NCBI GenBank assembly: GCA_965226795.1
Contig: CBDDDZ010000005.1
Span: forward strand, 1,760,001 to 1,824,000
DNA: 64,000 nt
Direction of reading: 5' to 3'
From: Candidatus Latescibacterota bacterium
GTDB taxonomy: Bacteria; Latescibacterota; UBA2968; GCA-2709665
Both the position numbers and the translations under genes were made by a program. Shown here piece after piece: positions 10,995 to 21,412 of this stretch (position 1 is its first letter; each line of letters opens with the position of its first letter). The notes under the pieces were generated by a model. The model did no database searches. It was given only the letters and a program-made list of their open reading frames with translations, and was not told where the DNA came from.

Positions 10995-11639
10995 TCATTT
11001 TACAAGTTCGACGGTGCCCCACAGGCTCGGATCGTACGAAACCGGGAGCGGCTCGTCCGCGGTCCAGAACTGTCGACCCTGTTTCCGATCCTGCAGCAGA
11101 TAGGTAAATCCCAACAGACGGTTTTCTTCCGGATCGAACCCTGTCAAGGATTCGGCCGGCAAATGTACCTCCATCCGGTATCCGGTTCCGGATTCGTCGC
11201 TGGCCACCGGCAACTCCGAAGGTTCGCAGAGCTTCGAGTGCCCGCGAGCCCGCCGGATTCGTACCTGTCCCCCCCTAGGCTTCAGGCTTCCTGCACCGGG
11301 CAGGAAATAGAAGTGGTGGCAGTACCGGCTCGCACGGTGTGCGTTGCGAACATCCCGTGTATCCACCCAGATCTGTAAGCCATCCCCCTGTAACGGACGC
11401 CGGCCGTCCACATTCGCGCCCGCCGCCTTTTTTATATTTGCGGCAAAATAAAGACCGCGCTCGTTCCAGGCGGCGTATACGTCGGCAAACGCCTCTCGTC
11501 CGTCCAGAGCCATAAGATCCGGTATCCGGAACGTCTGGTCCCAATCGTGCAGGTCTCCATCCAGGCACGGCGGTTCTTTCCGATACGGGCACTTCCAGGC
11601 GAAACTGAAGAAAACGCGTTTGGGAATCTCCAGATTCAT
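10995..11639 (-). CDS. CBM9/DOMON-like sugar-binding domain protein, no signal peptide
   Basis: LDGDLHDW, VYAAWNERGLYFA, GDGLQIWVDT, YRMEVHLP pattern of CBM9-like domains; ATGA overlap with the upstream gene. Confidence 0.65.
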   Translation of the reverse strand: MNLEIPKRVFFSFAWKCPYRKEPPCLDGDLHDWDQTFRIPDLMALDGREAFADVYAAWNERGLYFAANIKKAAGANVDGRRPLQGDGLQIWVDTRDVRNAHRASRYCHHFYFLPGAGSLKPRGGQVRIRRARGHSKLCEPSELPVASDESGTGYRMEVHLPAESLTGFDPEENRLLGFTYLLQDRKQGRQFWTADEPLPVSYDPSLWGTVELVK

Positions 11640-12697
11640 CGATCCATATCTCCGGTCGGCCGAACCAGGTTGCCCGCTTCACGCACAACCGCCGAGTTCT
11701 CCATTGCGTTTCCTTGAACGAGAATCGGCCTGTCCGTTCCAGTCTGGTCGTTGACAATGAGGTCGACATTCTGGAAATGATTTCCGGTAATCGACATGCC
11801 GGCGCCGGTGAGCCAGAGCGGCAAGCGCTCCGTCGGATGCGGCCCCCGAATCACGTTTCCGGAAATGGTCGTATTTAAACCCCGCACATCCATCGCCAAC
11901 CCCAGACTCCCTCCCTCATCTACCATCACTATATTACCTGAAAACACATGGCGCTCGGATTCGGCCCAGGACCGGAACGCAATGTCAAGGTCTCCACCCT
12001 CGCGCACAAATACCTGGTTATTCGCCATAATGATCGAGTCTCCGGCATCGGACCCCACGGCGACGTGTGTTCGTCCTGTAATCTCCACAAAATTGCCCAT
12101 CACAAAACCCGGTCCGCCCAAAAGCTCCACCGCGTCTGAATTCGCATTGCCCAGATGGTTGTTAATGACCCTCATGTTTGGCCCCTGCAGCATAATGCCC
12201 AGCCGCTGGGCATTATGCACCGTGCAGTTCTGTATGGTAATATTGTGCGTGGGTTTCGGACAGAATCCGCCGGGTGCCGCGCAGAATGCCTTGATGCCGT
12301 TGTACTCGAACCGCCCGTGGGAGATATGATGCAACTCGGCACCGTTGTACGGATTCTGATCCCTATTCTGGTCCACCCAGAGATCTCTGATCGTAATATT
12401 CCCTACGCCGTTCCCTATAATGCGGATTACGTTTGTATTCTGTTCAGGCGCCAGAATCAATCGCGTTGACGCGCCCTGCCCCGCGAGCGTCACGTTGCTT
12501 CGGTCGATAATCAGCCCGCCGAGCGTGCCCTCGACCCTTTGGATATCGTAGGCGCCCTCCATCAGAACCACGGTGCCGCCCGATGGCGGGAGCGCTTGTA
12601 TGGCTGCGTAAATTTCCTCCTGATCGCCGCACCCGTCGCCAACAAAATCGGCTGCGGCCCTGGACTTTAGCGACGAATTTCCGGTTGCGACGACCAT
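11636..12697 (-). CDS. right-handed parallel beta-helix (pectin-lyase-like) protein
   Basis: DGxGDQEEIxAAIxALPxxGGTVVLxEGxY N-cap followed by repeated NITIxN/ISGNxI Asn-ladder coils. Confidence 0.8.
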   Translation of the reverse strand: MVVATGNSSLKSRAAADFVGDGCGDQEEIYAAIQALPPSGGTVVLMEGAYDIQRVEGTLGGLIIDRSNVTLAGQGASTRLILAPEQNTNVIRIIGNGVGNITIRDLWVDQNRDQNPYNGAELHHISHGRFEYNGIKAFCAAPGGFCPKPTHNITIQNCTVHNAQRLGIMLQGPNMRVINNHLGNANSDAVELLGGPGFVMGNFVEITGRTHVAVGSDAGDSIIMANNQVFVREGGDLDIAFRSWAESERHVFSGNIVMVDEGGSLGLAMDVRGLNTTISGNVIRGPHPTERLPLWLTGAGMSITGNHFQNVDLIVNDQTGTDRPILVQGNAMENSAVVREAGNLVRPTGDMDR

Positions 12698-12795
12698 CGT
12701 CTTCCCCCGTGTGGTGATCGTGAAACAGCGTTACAAGCGCCATTTTACACCCGGTTCGGTTGCACCCGTCCTTAGAACGGGAGTGACAAGACGCA

Positions 12796-15700
12796 TCAGG
12801 CGGGAACCTGCGGCGAGTGTTGCATAACCGGATCGTCGCGGTCAAGCATCTCTCTCAGAAACCGGCCCGTATAAGACGCATCGACCTGAGCCACTTCCTC
12901 AGGTGTACCGGCCGCAACCAGGTACCCGCCCTCGTCACCTCCTTCCGGTCCGAGGTCGATGATCCAGTCCGCCGTCTTGATGACATCCAGGTTGTGCTCG
13001 ATTACGATTACCGTATTGCCTGCGTCTACGAGTCGATTCAACACAACGAGCAGCCTAGCTACATCAGCAATATGCAGTCCGGTGGTGGGCTCGTCCAGCA
13101 AATACACGGTTTTGCCCGTATTGGGCCGGGCGAGTTCCCTGGCGAGTTTTACCCGCTGTGCTTCCCCTCCCGATAACGTTGTGGACGCCTGCCCCATCTT
13201 GATATACTCCAGTCCCACTTCAACCAGCGTCTTGAGCGTTCGATGGATTCCCGGCACGTTTCCAAACTGTCGCAGTGCCTCGTCTACCGTCATATCCAAC
13301 ACGTCGGCAACCGACCGGCCCTTGTACAGGACATTCACCACATCCCGGTTGTACCGCTTTCCGTTACAATCCTCGCAGGTCACCCAGACATCGGGCAGGA
13401 AATGCATCTCGATACACCGTGAACCCAACCCCTTGCAGGCCTCGCAGCGGCCCTTCCGGTGATTGAAGCTGAAGTGGCCAGGTGAAAACCCGCGGATCCG
13501 CGCATCGGGCAACTGTGCATAGAGCCTGCGAACTCTGTCGAACACCTTCACATAGGTAGCCGGGTTGCTGCGGGATGAAAACCCGATTGGAGACTGGTCA
13601 ATATTGATCACCTTGTCGATGCCATCCATCCCGCGGACCTCGTCGTGATCGGCCGCAGTTCCTCGAACGCCGTTCATTCTCGCCGCCAGTGCCCCGTAAA
13701 GAACGTCGTTCACAAGCGAAGACTTCCCCGATCCCGATACGCCGGTGACGCCGATTAGCTTCCCCAGCGGGAATTTCACGTTTAGACCCTTCAGATTGTT
13801 ATGCCGGGCGCCAACCACCTCGACGCACCCTCTCTGGGCCGACCTCCGTGGCGGCGATTCCACGGCCAGCCTGCCCGCCAGGTACTTCGCAGTTAGAGAT
13901 CCGTTCTCCGAACTCAATAGGTTCGGCGGCCCCTCCGCCACCAACGCTCCTCCGTGGGCTCCCGCACCGGGGCCGAAATCCAAAATGTGATCTGCGGCTT
14001 CCAGCGTTTCGCGATCGTGCTCCACCACCAGGAGGGTATTTCCCAGATCCCGCAGCTGACCCAGCGCAGCAAGCAAACGTCGATTGTCCCGTTGGTGGAG
14101 TCCGATTGTTGGCTCATCCAGCACGTAGAGTACACCGGTCAGACCGGATCCAATCTGGCTGGCCAGGCGAATTCGCTGCGCCTCGCCACCGGATAACGTG
14201 GGAGCCCTGCGCGAAAGAGACAGATAGCCCAAGCCCACTTCGTGCAAGAACCGCATTCGGACGCGGATTTCCTGAAGAACCTCCCCGACGGCGACCAGTT
14301 CACGCTCGGTCAGTACCAGATCCTCAAACCAGCGCCTTGCTTTACCGATGGGCAGGTCAACCAATTCGAAAATCGTCATCCCGCGCAAACGGACCGCGGC
14401 GCTTTCCGGCTTCAGGCGCGCGCCTCTGCACACAAGGCAGGCCACATCTTCTACCAGGTCGCCCATCTTCTCTCGAAAACGGGGCGAACCCCTCACCAGT
14501 TCCTCAAGTGAATTAAATAATCCCTTGTATTTGAATCGCAGGCCATTCGCGTCCTGGATCCATCGTTCACCGGTGCCGTAGAGCAGCACTTCCTGCGCTG
14601 TCTGTGACATATCCAGGATCGGCATTTCGAGGTCGAATTCTCCTGCGTCGCCTACAGCACGAATCAACGCCGCCAATGGACCGTCTTTCAATTCCCCGAG
14701 AACCGGCACGGCCCCTTCGGACACGGACTTTCGGTGATCCGGAATCAGCGTGTTCTTTCCCATCCCCTTCTGGGTTCCCAGGCCCTCGCACGAGGGACAC
14801 CAGCCTTCATGGCTGTTGAATGAAAGGTGCTGCGGCGCGACCTCGTCGAAACTCCTCCCGCACTTCGGGCAGGACAGGACCTGGCTGAATCTGGTTTCCC
14901 GGCCATCGTCGGGCGACGCTGCGATGACAACCCCGCCTGACAACATCAGTGCCTTCTCAATCGAATCGGCAATGCGCTTCCGCACGCCGGGTTTGAGCGT
15001 GACCCGATCCACAAGAATCTCCAGTCTGTGCGACTGTCGATGGTCGATCTCCGCGGGGGACTTCAGGTCAAATACCTCGCCATCCAGCCGGCCCCTCAGA
15101 TATCCGTCCCTCGCTGCCCTGGAGATCAACGCGTCGTAATCCTCCCCTTTGCCCGGCCGCTGCGGGCTAAGCAAATATACCCGTCTCCCCGAGGGCATTC
15201 TCAGGATTCTTTCGACGATTTCCTGTATTGCCAGCGCCCCCGCCCGAACGTCGCAGACCGGACAATAGACCTCTCCCACCAGCGCGAACAGCGCCCTCAA
15301 GTAGTCGTATACTTCCGTTACCGTGCCCACCGTGGAACGCGGATTCTTGCTGGCCGCTTTCTGTTCAATGGCAATCGCCGGCGACAAGCCGACCACGCGC
15401 TCGACCTTTGGTTTGGGCAGCTGACCCAAAAACTGGCGAGCGTATGCCGAGAGCGATTCCACATATCGCCTCTGCCCCTCGGCGAAAACCGTATCTAGCG
15501 CCAGCGAAGACTTGCCCGATCCAGAAACACCCGATACGACGGTCAGCTTCTCGCGCGGAATTCGCACATCCACGTTCCGAAGATTGTTCTCCCTGGCGCC
15601 GGTAACCTGGATTTCTCGAATCAGACCCTTGCCTCCGCTTCGACGGCTTCGCGCTCCATCGCTCCCGACCGGGTCGTGTCCGTGCTTCAATGCGGAGCGC

Positions 15701-18495
15701 AGAGGCCGGGCCGTAAACGAACGCCTGGACCGCGCCACACGTTCCGGCGTGCCCTGCGCCACCACGCGCCCACCCGATTCTCCGCCGCCGGGCCCGAGGT
15801 CGATTACCCAGTCTGCCGTCTTTATGACATCCATGTTATGTTCGATCACGACCACCGTATTTCCCAGATCCACCAGCCGGTGAAGCACCGACAACAGATT
15901 CTGTATATCCGCAAAATGCAATCCGGTCGTCGGCTCATCCAAAATATAAAGTGTAGCCCCTGTCTGCTTGCGACACAACTCTTTAGCCAGCTTTACGCGT
16001 TGAGCTTCGCCACCGGACAGCGTTGGCGCCGGTTGCCCGAGTTTCACGTAGCTCATCCCCACCTCTACCAGCACCTTCAGTATCCGATGGATTTGGGGCA
16101 CCGCTTCGAAAAAGGCGCACGCCCGCTTCACCTCCATATCCAGCACGTCCGCTATGGACGCCTCCTTGTAACAAACATCCAGCGTCTCCCGACTGAACCG
16201 CCTGCCTTCGCAGATGGCGCACGTCACCCATACGTCGGCCAGAAAATCCATTTCGACGACATTTGCGCCGTTTCCGCCGCAGGCCTCACATCGCCCGCCT
16301 TTCACATTGAAACTGAAACGGCCAGGCCTGTACCCCCTCACCCTGGACTCCGGAAGGTCCGCGTACAACGCCCGGATGGGGTCGAACACCCCGGTGTATG
16401 TGGCCGGATTGCTCCGCGGCGTGCGTCCGATGGGTTGCTGGTCGATCTCGATCACCTTATCCAGCGCATCGATACCTTCGATGCGGTCGAAATCTCCGGG
16501 TTCGGATTCGGCTCGATTGAGTTCCCGCGCCAGCGTTCGGTAGACAATGTCGTTTACGAGCGAGCTCTTCCCCGAACCGGATACCCCGGTTACACAGTTG
16601 AATACGCCGAGGGGTAGTTCGACGTCGATTCCTTTAAGATTATTCTGTCTCGCGCCGTATACGCCGAGTCGCCGTCCCGTGGGTGCCCTGCGGTCGGGCA
16701 CGGCAATCGATTGTCTACCGGAGAGATAGGCTCCAGTCCTGGATCTCGCTGACAATGCGATCTTGCGCCAATCCCCGAAGGCAACCACTTCCCCTCCCAG
16801 GTGACCGGGTCCGGGCCCGAAATCCACAATCCAGTCCGCCCTCTTCATCGTCTCCTCATCGTGTTCGACCACAATGATCGTATTGCCAGCCTCCCGCAAC
16901 AGGCACAGTGCGTCCAGCAGGCTTTTGTTGTCGCGCTGGTGCAGTCCGATCGAGGGTTCGTCCAGCACGTAGGTTACCCCTACCAGACCGCTGCCGATCT
17001 GTCTCGCCAGCCGGATACGCTGTGCCTCGCCGCCGGACAGTGTCGGCGCCGCCCGATCCAGGGTGAGGTAGTCCAGTCCAACGTCAAGCAGGAATCTGAG
17101 CCGACCCAAAATTTCCTTGAGCGCATCTTCCGCGATCATCCGGCGGGTCGCCGTCAATTTCAAACCGTCAAGAAACGCTAAGGCATCCGCCACCGACATT
17201 GCCGCGGCCGCCGGCAGCGACATACCCTCGATTGTCACAGCCACGGCTTCGGCTCTCAACCGTGCGCCCAGGCACTTCGGACATCTCCCCGTCCGCATGT
17301 AGGGTCCCAGCCTTCCCCTCCACGCCGGCGAAGTCGCCTCCGCGTACCTGCGCTCCAACGGTGGAAGAATTCCCTCAAACGTATCGCTATGGCTATAAAC
17401 ACCACCGTCACGCCTCCGCCATTCCAGCCTGATGCGGTTCTTCACCCCGTACAGCAATTCCTCACGTGCGGTTTGGGAAATCTCCCGCCACGGTGTAGAT
17501 ACATCCGCGCCGTGGCGCTCCAATACACCGTTGTAATAGTGTATTTTCCACCGGTTCCGGGGCTCTCCGAGCGGCGCAATTGCCCCATCCATGACCGACA
17601 GGGAATCGTCCGGTACCGAGCGTTTCCGATCCAGGGCAAACTGAGTACCGAGACCTCTACACGTCGGGCACATCCCCTGCGGATTGTTGAACGAAAACAG
17701 CTGAGGCGTTGGTTCCGATGCGCTCAAACCGCACAGGGTGCAGGAAAGGTTGGAACTCAGCAGCAGATCCTCCCCGTCCTCGAACCCGACGATCAGTGTA
17801 CCGTTGCCGAATCCCAGCGCCGCATCGACCGCTTCGCCAATACGCCCGTGTCCGTCCACCCGCACCACAAGGCGGTCCACGACGAGGTCGATATCGTGTC
17901 GGATTTGGCGTTCGAGTCGCTGCGTCTCGGTCAGCTGCACGATCCGTCCGTCGACACGTACACGGAGATAACCCTCCCGTTGCAGATCGGCAAATAGGTC
18001 CAGATACTCCCCTTTTCTCCCGCGGACAATCGGGGCCATCACATTGATCCGTGTCCCGACGCCCAGCGCCATAATCCGATCCACAATCCCATCGCGTGTC
18101 TGCGTGCCGATCGGCGTTCCGCACGACACACAATGCGGCACGCCAACCCGTGCGTACAGCACGCGAAGGTAGTCGTAGATTTCCGTCATCGTGCCCACAG
18201 TCGACCTGGGATTCCGCGCGGCGGCCTTCTGTTCGAAGGACACTGTTGGCGAAAGGCCTGTAATCTGATCCACATCGGGCTTTCGTATCTGACCCAGAAA
18301 CTGGCGGGCATACGCGGAAAGGGACTCGATATAGCGACGCTGGCCCTCTGCAAAAATGGTATCGAAGGCCAACGAGGACTTGCCGGAGCCCGAAACACCC
18401 GTAAAGCATATCAGTTGATTTCGCGGCAGGGTCAGGTTCACATCCTTCAGGTTATGTACCCGCGCCCCCTTGATGACAATATCACGCGTTTCCAT
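12796..18495 (-). CDS. uvrA: excinuclease ABC subunit A, tandemly duplicated (~1900 aa)
   Basis: Four GVSGSGKSS Walker A and four LSGGEAQR signatures, repeated Zn fingers, two IxxxGARxxNL...AEGQRRY units; probable start METRDIVIKGA. Confidence 0.97.
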   Translation of the reverse strand: METRDIVIKGARVHNLKDVNLTLPRNQLICFTGVSGSGKSSLAFDTIFAEGQRRYIESLSAYARQFLGQIRKPDVDQITGLSPTVSFEQKAAARNPRSTVGTMTEIYDYLRVLYARVGVPHCVSCGTPIGTQTRDGIVDRIMALGVGTRINVMAPIVRGRKGEYLDLFADLQREGYLRVRVDGRIVQLTETQRLERQIRHDIDLVVDRLVVRVDGHGRIGEAVDAALGFGNGTLIVGFEDGEDLLLSSNLSCTLCGLSASEPTPQLFSFNNPQGMCPTCRGLGTQFALDRKRSVPDDSLSVMDGAIAPLGEPRNRWKIHYYNGVLERHGADVSTPWREISQTAREELLYGVKNRIRLEWRRRDGGVYSHSDTFEGILPPLERRYAEATSPAWRGRLGPYMRTGRCPKCLGARLRAEAVAVTIEGMSLPAAAAMSVADALAFLDGLKLTATRRMIAEDALKEILGRLRFLLDVGLDYLTLDRAAPTLSGGEAQRIRLARQIGSGLVGVTYVLDEPSIGLHQRDNKSLLDALCLLREAGNTIIVVEHDEETMKRADWIVDFGPGPGHLGGEVVAFGDWRKIALSARSRTGAYLSGRQSIAVPDRRAPTGRRLGVYGARQNNLKGIDVELPLGVFNCVTGVSGSGKSSLVNDIVYRTLARELNRAESEPGDFDRIEGIDALDKVIEIDQQPIGRTPRSNPATYTGVFDPIRALYADLPESRVRGYRPGRFSFNVKGGRCEACGGNGANVVEMDFLADVWVTCAICEGRRFSRETLDVCYKEASIADVLDMEVKRACAFFEAVPQIHRILKVLVEVGMSYVKLGQPAPTLSGGEAQRVKLAKELCRKQTGATLYILDEPTTGLHFADIQNLLSVLHRLVDLGNTVVVIEHNMDVIKTADWVIDLGPGGGESGGRVVAQGTPERVARSRRSFTARPLRSALKHGHDPVGSDGARSRRSGGKGLIREIQVTGARENNLRNVDVRIPREKLTVVSGVSGSGKSSLALDTVFAEGQRRYVESLSAYARQFLGQLPKPKVERVVGLSPAIAIEQKAASKNPRSTVGTVTEVYDYLRALFALVGEVYCPVCDVRAGALAIQEIVERILRMPSGRRVYLLSPQRPGKGEDYDALISRAARDGYLRGRLDGEVFDLKSPAEIDHRQSHRLEILVDRVTLKPGVRKRIADSIEKALMLSGGVVIAASPDDGRETRFSQVLSCPKCGRSFDEVAPQHLSFNSHEGWCPSCEGLGTQKGMGKNTLIPDHRKSVSEGAVPVLGELKDGPLAALIRAVGDAGEFDLEMPILDMSQTAQEVLLYGTGERWIQDANGLRFKYKGLFNSLEELVRGSPRFREKMGDLVEDVACLVCRGARLKPESAAVRLRGMTIFELVDLPIGKARRWFEDLVLTERELVAVGEVLQEIRVRMRFLHEVGLGYLSLSRRAPTLSGGEAQRIRLASQIGSGLTGVLYVLDEPTIGLHQRDNRRLLAALGQLRDLGNTLLVVEHDRETLEAADHILDFGPGAGAHGGALVAEGPPNLLSSENGSLTAKYLAGRLAVESPPRRSAQRGCVEVVGARHNNLKGLNVKFPLGKLIGVTGVSGSGKSSLVNDVLYGALAARMNGVRGTAADHDEVRGMDGIDKVINIDQSPIGFSSRSNPATYVKVFDRVRRLYAQLPDARIRGFSPGHFSFNHRKGRCEACKGLGSRCIEMHFLPDVWVTCEDCNGKRYNRDVVNVLYKGRSVADVLDMTVDEALRQFGNVPGIHRTLKTLVEVGLEYIKMGQASTTLSGGEAQRVKLARELARPNTGKTVYLLDEPTTGLHIADVARLLVVLNRLVDAGNTVIVIEHNLDVIKTADWIIDLGPEGGDEGGYLVAAGTPEEVAQVDASYTGRFLREMLDRDDPVMQHSPQVPA

Positions 18496-18711
18496 GAATC
18501 CGCTGCTTTCCCAGATAACCCTCCTAGGAAAAACCGCATCTCCTTTATTGACGGTCCTGCGGATCGAATCCCGGGAGGCCGTCCGAAATGACATCCTGCA
18601 CCATTCCCTGTATCCGAAAACGATTTACCACTCTTTTAACCGGTTCCGCGGAGCATTGAACCCTACAGGATATCTTTCCTGATCCGTACCCCCATCTGAT
18701 AGCCGATTCCC

Positions 18712-18740
18712 AATATACTATACAAATGTTCAGATATCAA
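18712..18740 (-). promoter_or_regulatory. candidate sigma70 promoter of uvrA with a possible LexA-type box in the spacer
   Basis: TTGATA-17 nt-TATATT on the minus strand; spacer contains GAAC-ATTT-GTAT (18720-18731). Confidence 0.55.
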
Positions 18741-18916
18741 GAAGAATCCCGCAAAGGAATACTTCGTGAAATTGCTACCCGGGAATGGCCGCCGATGGCG
18801 GACGATTGAAGGAATTCCGATGACCCGACCCGTTCCTCCACACCAAACGACCGAAAGCGCCTTTATCCCCGATGGACAAAGACGCTTTCAGACGCTCTTT
18901 CAGATGGTGCCATCTT

Positions 18917-19270
18917 CTATTCGGGCGGTTGTGTCTTGAAACTGGCCACCGCCCGGTCTACCGTGTCGAGGGTACGGAAGATGCCGGCCAGCTGAGTAAC
19001 CATCAGTATGCTTTCGATTTTCCGGGTGATGCCCGTCAGCCGCATATCTCCCCCCGCATGCCGAACCGTGGTCAGGCTGGCGGTCATTACGCCGAGCATC
19101 GAACTGCCAAACCATTTGACCTTCGAAAAATCAACCACCACCCTGCTTATGCCGTCTTTGACCAACCGTTTGATGTGGTCGTGAAACTCGGCCACTTCAG
19201 GACCGGACATCAGGGCGCCAGTTACCGTCAACACGGCAACATCTTCCCGGATTTCCTCACTAATTTTCAT
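18917..19270 (-). CDS. STAS-domain anti-sigma factor antagonist
   Basis: 117 aa, VVVDFSKVKWFGSSMLGVM (phospho-Ser motif), GGDMRL; GAGGGG RBS. Confidence 0.9.
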   Translation of the reverse strand: MKISEEIREDVAVLTVTGALMSGPEVAEFHDHIKRLVKDGISRVVVDFSKVKWFGSSMLGVMTASLTTVRHAGGDMRLTGITRKIESILMVTQLAGIFRTLDTVDRAVASFKTQPPE

Positions 19271-19525
19271 GGTTCTTCCCCCTCAGAGTTTCGGGTTGCT
19301 ACAAACCGCTGCATCGTCCGTAAAAACGCGTTTCAAACCGCGTGAATTGTGAAGCGTTGCTACCATCCCAATATAATCGCTATTGTGCTCAGGATCAAGT
19401 CAGGAATTTAGCTGCGGGCGAGTGTCGAGCCAGTTTTCGGCTTGACAAAGGCCTGTCCGACCGCTTACTTATTGGCCGCCGATACCACGACACGACACAT
19501 CTCGGTGAAAAAGAAGAGGATACTC

Positions 19526-20320
19526 ATGGATCTCGGATGCAGCACGATCCTGTATGGCGGGTACGACCTGGAAGTCGCCATGGAACGGACCCGGGCGGCC
19601 GGCTACCGGGCGATCGAACTCTGTTGTATTCCGGGGATGGCGCCACACCTGGCCATCGGCGCGAGCGACGCCTATTACCGGAATATCAGAAGCCGGACAA
19701 CGAATCACCAGTTGGAAATCGAATCGCTAGGCGCGAGCGGCAATATGGACGACGAGGAACGGTTCCTTCAAATCCTGGACGCTGCTGCCGCCGTCGGCGC
19801 GCCCGTGGTCACGACGGGCCCGGGCGGGAAGCCGGACGACGAAAAGGAGTTCAACGCCACAGTCGAAAAAATCAACGTACTGGCAGACCAGGCCGCCCGC
19901 CGTGGCGTCAGGCTCAGCATCAAACCTCACGTCGGCAACGCCGTCTACAACACCGACACGGCGTATCGATTCATGCAGCAGGTCGATCGTCGCTGGGTGG
20001 GACTCAATTACGACGCCACCCATATCTGGCGCACCCCGCAGCAGGAGGTGCCCGAAGAAACCATTGGCAAAATCAGCGAATATATCCTTTCGCTCAGAAT
20101 CCGAGACGTGAAGGGAAGGCAGACCGCTATAGGACCGGTCGAAAACCAGGTGGCCGGCAACGGAGATATGGATCTCCACGCGCAGGCATGCGCATTCAAG
20201 GCGATTCCAGGGCTCGAATACGCGGTTCTGGAGATCGTGGGCACGCGGGACATGGGTGTGGACGAGATCGACAGCGTTCTCCGGCGGTCGTACGACTACT
20301 TCAGGCCACTCTTCGAATGA
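19526..20320 (+). CDS. sugar phosphate isomerase/epimerase (xylose-isomerase-like TIM barrel)
   Basis: AGYRAIEL, GVRLSIKPH, VGLNYDATH, IRD, GNGDMD, VLE; GAGGA RBS. Confidence 0.85.
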   Translation: MDLGCSTILYGGYDLEVAMERTRAAGYRAIELCCIPGMAPHLAIGASDAYYRNIRSRTTNHQLEIESLGASGNMDDEERFLQILDAAAAVGAPVVTTGPGGKPDDEKEFNATVEKINVLADQAARRGVRLSIKPHVGNAVYNTDTAYRFMQQVDRRWVGLNYDATHIWRTPQQEVPEETIGKISEYILSLRIRDVKGRQTAIGPVENQVAGNGDMDLHAQACAFKAIPGLEYAVLEIVGTRDMGVDEIDSVLRRSYDYFRPLFE

Positions 20321-20389
20321 ATTAAACAGAATCGCGGTAAGCCACCCTGCGGCCTCGATATCCCTCTGTTTCGTGCAAGGAGCACAGGT

Positions 20390-21412
20390 ATGATCCGTGT
20401 CGGCGTCATCGGCATGCGCGGCATCGGCGGTCAGCATGCCGAAGTTTACATGAACAACAGCAGATCGGACCTTGTGGCCGTCTGCGACCTGGTCAAGGAA
20501 CGTGCGGACAGCGCGGCCGAGCGTTATGGAGCGAAACCCTTCTACAACATTCAGGACATGCTGAATTGCGAAGAACTGGATGCCGTAAGCGTGGCAACCG
20601 GCGGCTTCGAAAACGGCGGCGACCATTACGAACCCACGATACAATGCATGGAAGCCGGCGTTAGCGTCCTGTGTGAAAAACCCATAAGCAACAATATCGA
20701 TCACGCCCGGCAGATGGTCAAAAAAGCGCACGAATGCAACATCCGGTTCGGCATCAATCTGAACCACCGATTTGTTCCGCCTGCGGCGAAAGCCAGGGGC
20801 TGGATTGAGGAAGGCTGCCTCGGGCATCTGCTGCTGATCAACATGACCATGTGGATCGGAAACCCCAACGAGACTTCCCCGTGGTTCCATCTGCGGGCCC
20901 TGCACCCCCATTCGATCGACATCATGCGATACTTCTGCGGCAACGTGGCGCGCGTACAGGCGTTCCTGAACAAAGCGCCCGGACGCAGCGGAGACAGCGC
21001 CACGGTGTGCTGGTCCAACGCACAGATCAACATGCACTTCGAGAACGACGTTGTGGGTCACCTTACCGGCAGCTACGACACCAATCCGGCTCACAACCTG
21101 GAACGCTGCGAGGTGTTGGGAACCGAGGGCCGCTTTGTCCTCGACAACTGTTTCGAGGATTTGACACTTTATCCAAGACGTTCCGAGGAACTCACCGTCG
21201 TGCGCAACTCCATTATGGGCGGCCTGGTCTTCGAGGACACCTTCCCGCGGCGCATCAACCGATGGATCGAACAACTGGATGAAGGCGCGCCCCAGTCGGA
21301 AATCGAAGGTTCCGGAGAAGACGGCCTCGCTGTACAGGAGGTCATCGAAGCGGCCATCCGCTCGTGGGAGGAGCGGACCATCGCAGACGTGCCAGGTGTG
21401 CCGGAAGCGTAA
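20390..21412 (+). CDS. Gfo/Idh/MocA oxidoreductase
   Basis: RVGVIGMRGIG, LDAVSVAT, VLCEKP, HSID; AAGGAG RBS. Confidence 0.92.
   Translation: MIRVGVIGMRGIGGQHAEVYMNNSRSDLVAVCDLVKERADSAAERYGAKPFYNIQDMLNCEELDAVSVATGGFENGGDHYEPTIQCMEAGVSVLCEKPISNNIDHARQMVKKAHECNIRFGINLNHRFVPPAAKARGWIEEGCLGHLLLINMTMWIGNPNETSPWFHLRALHPHSIDIMRYFCGNVARVQAFLNKAPGRSGDSATVCWSNAQINMHFENDVVGHLTGSYDTNPAHNLERCEVLGTEGRFVLDNCFEDLTLYPRRSEELTVVRNSIMGGLVFEDTFPRRINRWIEQLDEGAPQSEIEGSGEDGLAVQEVIEAAIRSWEERTIADVPGVPEA

Noticed and set aside
18495..18594. N-terminal extensions in the ORF track (uvrA; also 39190, 51578, 23806, 37910, 47705)
   Set aside because: Homology-like sequence and RBS or promoter positions favour downstream starts
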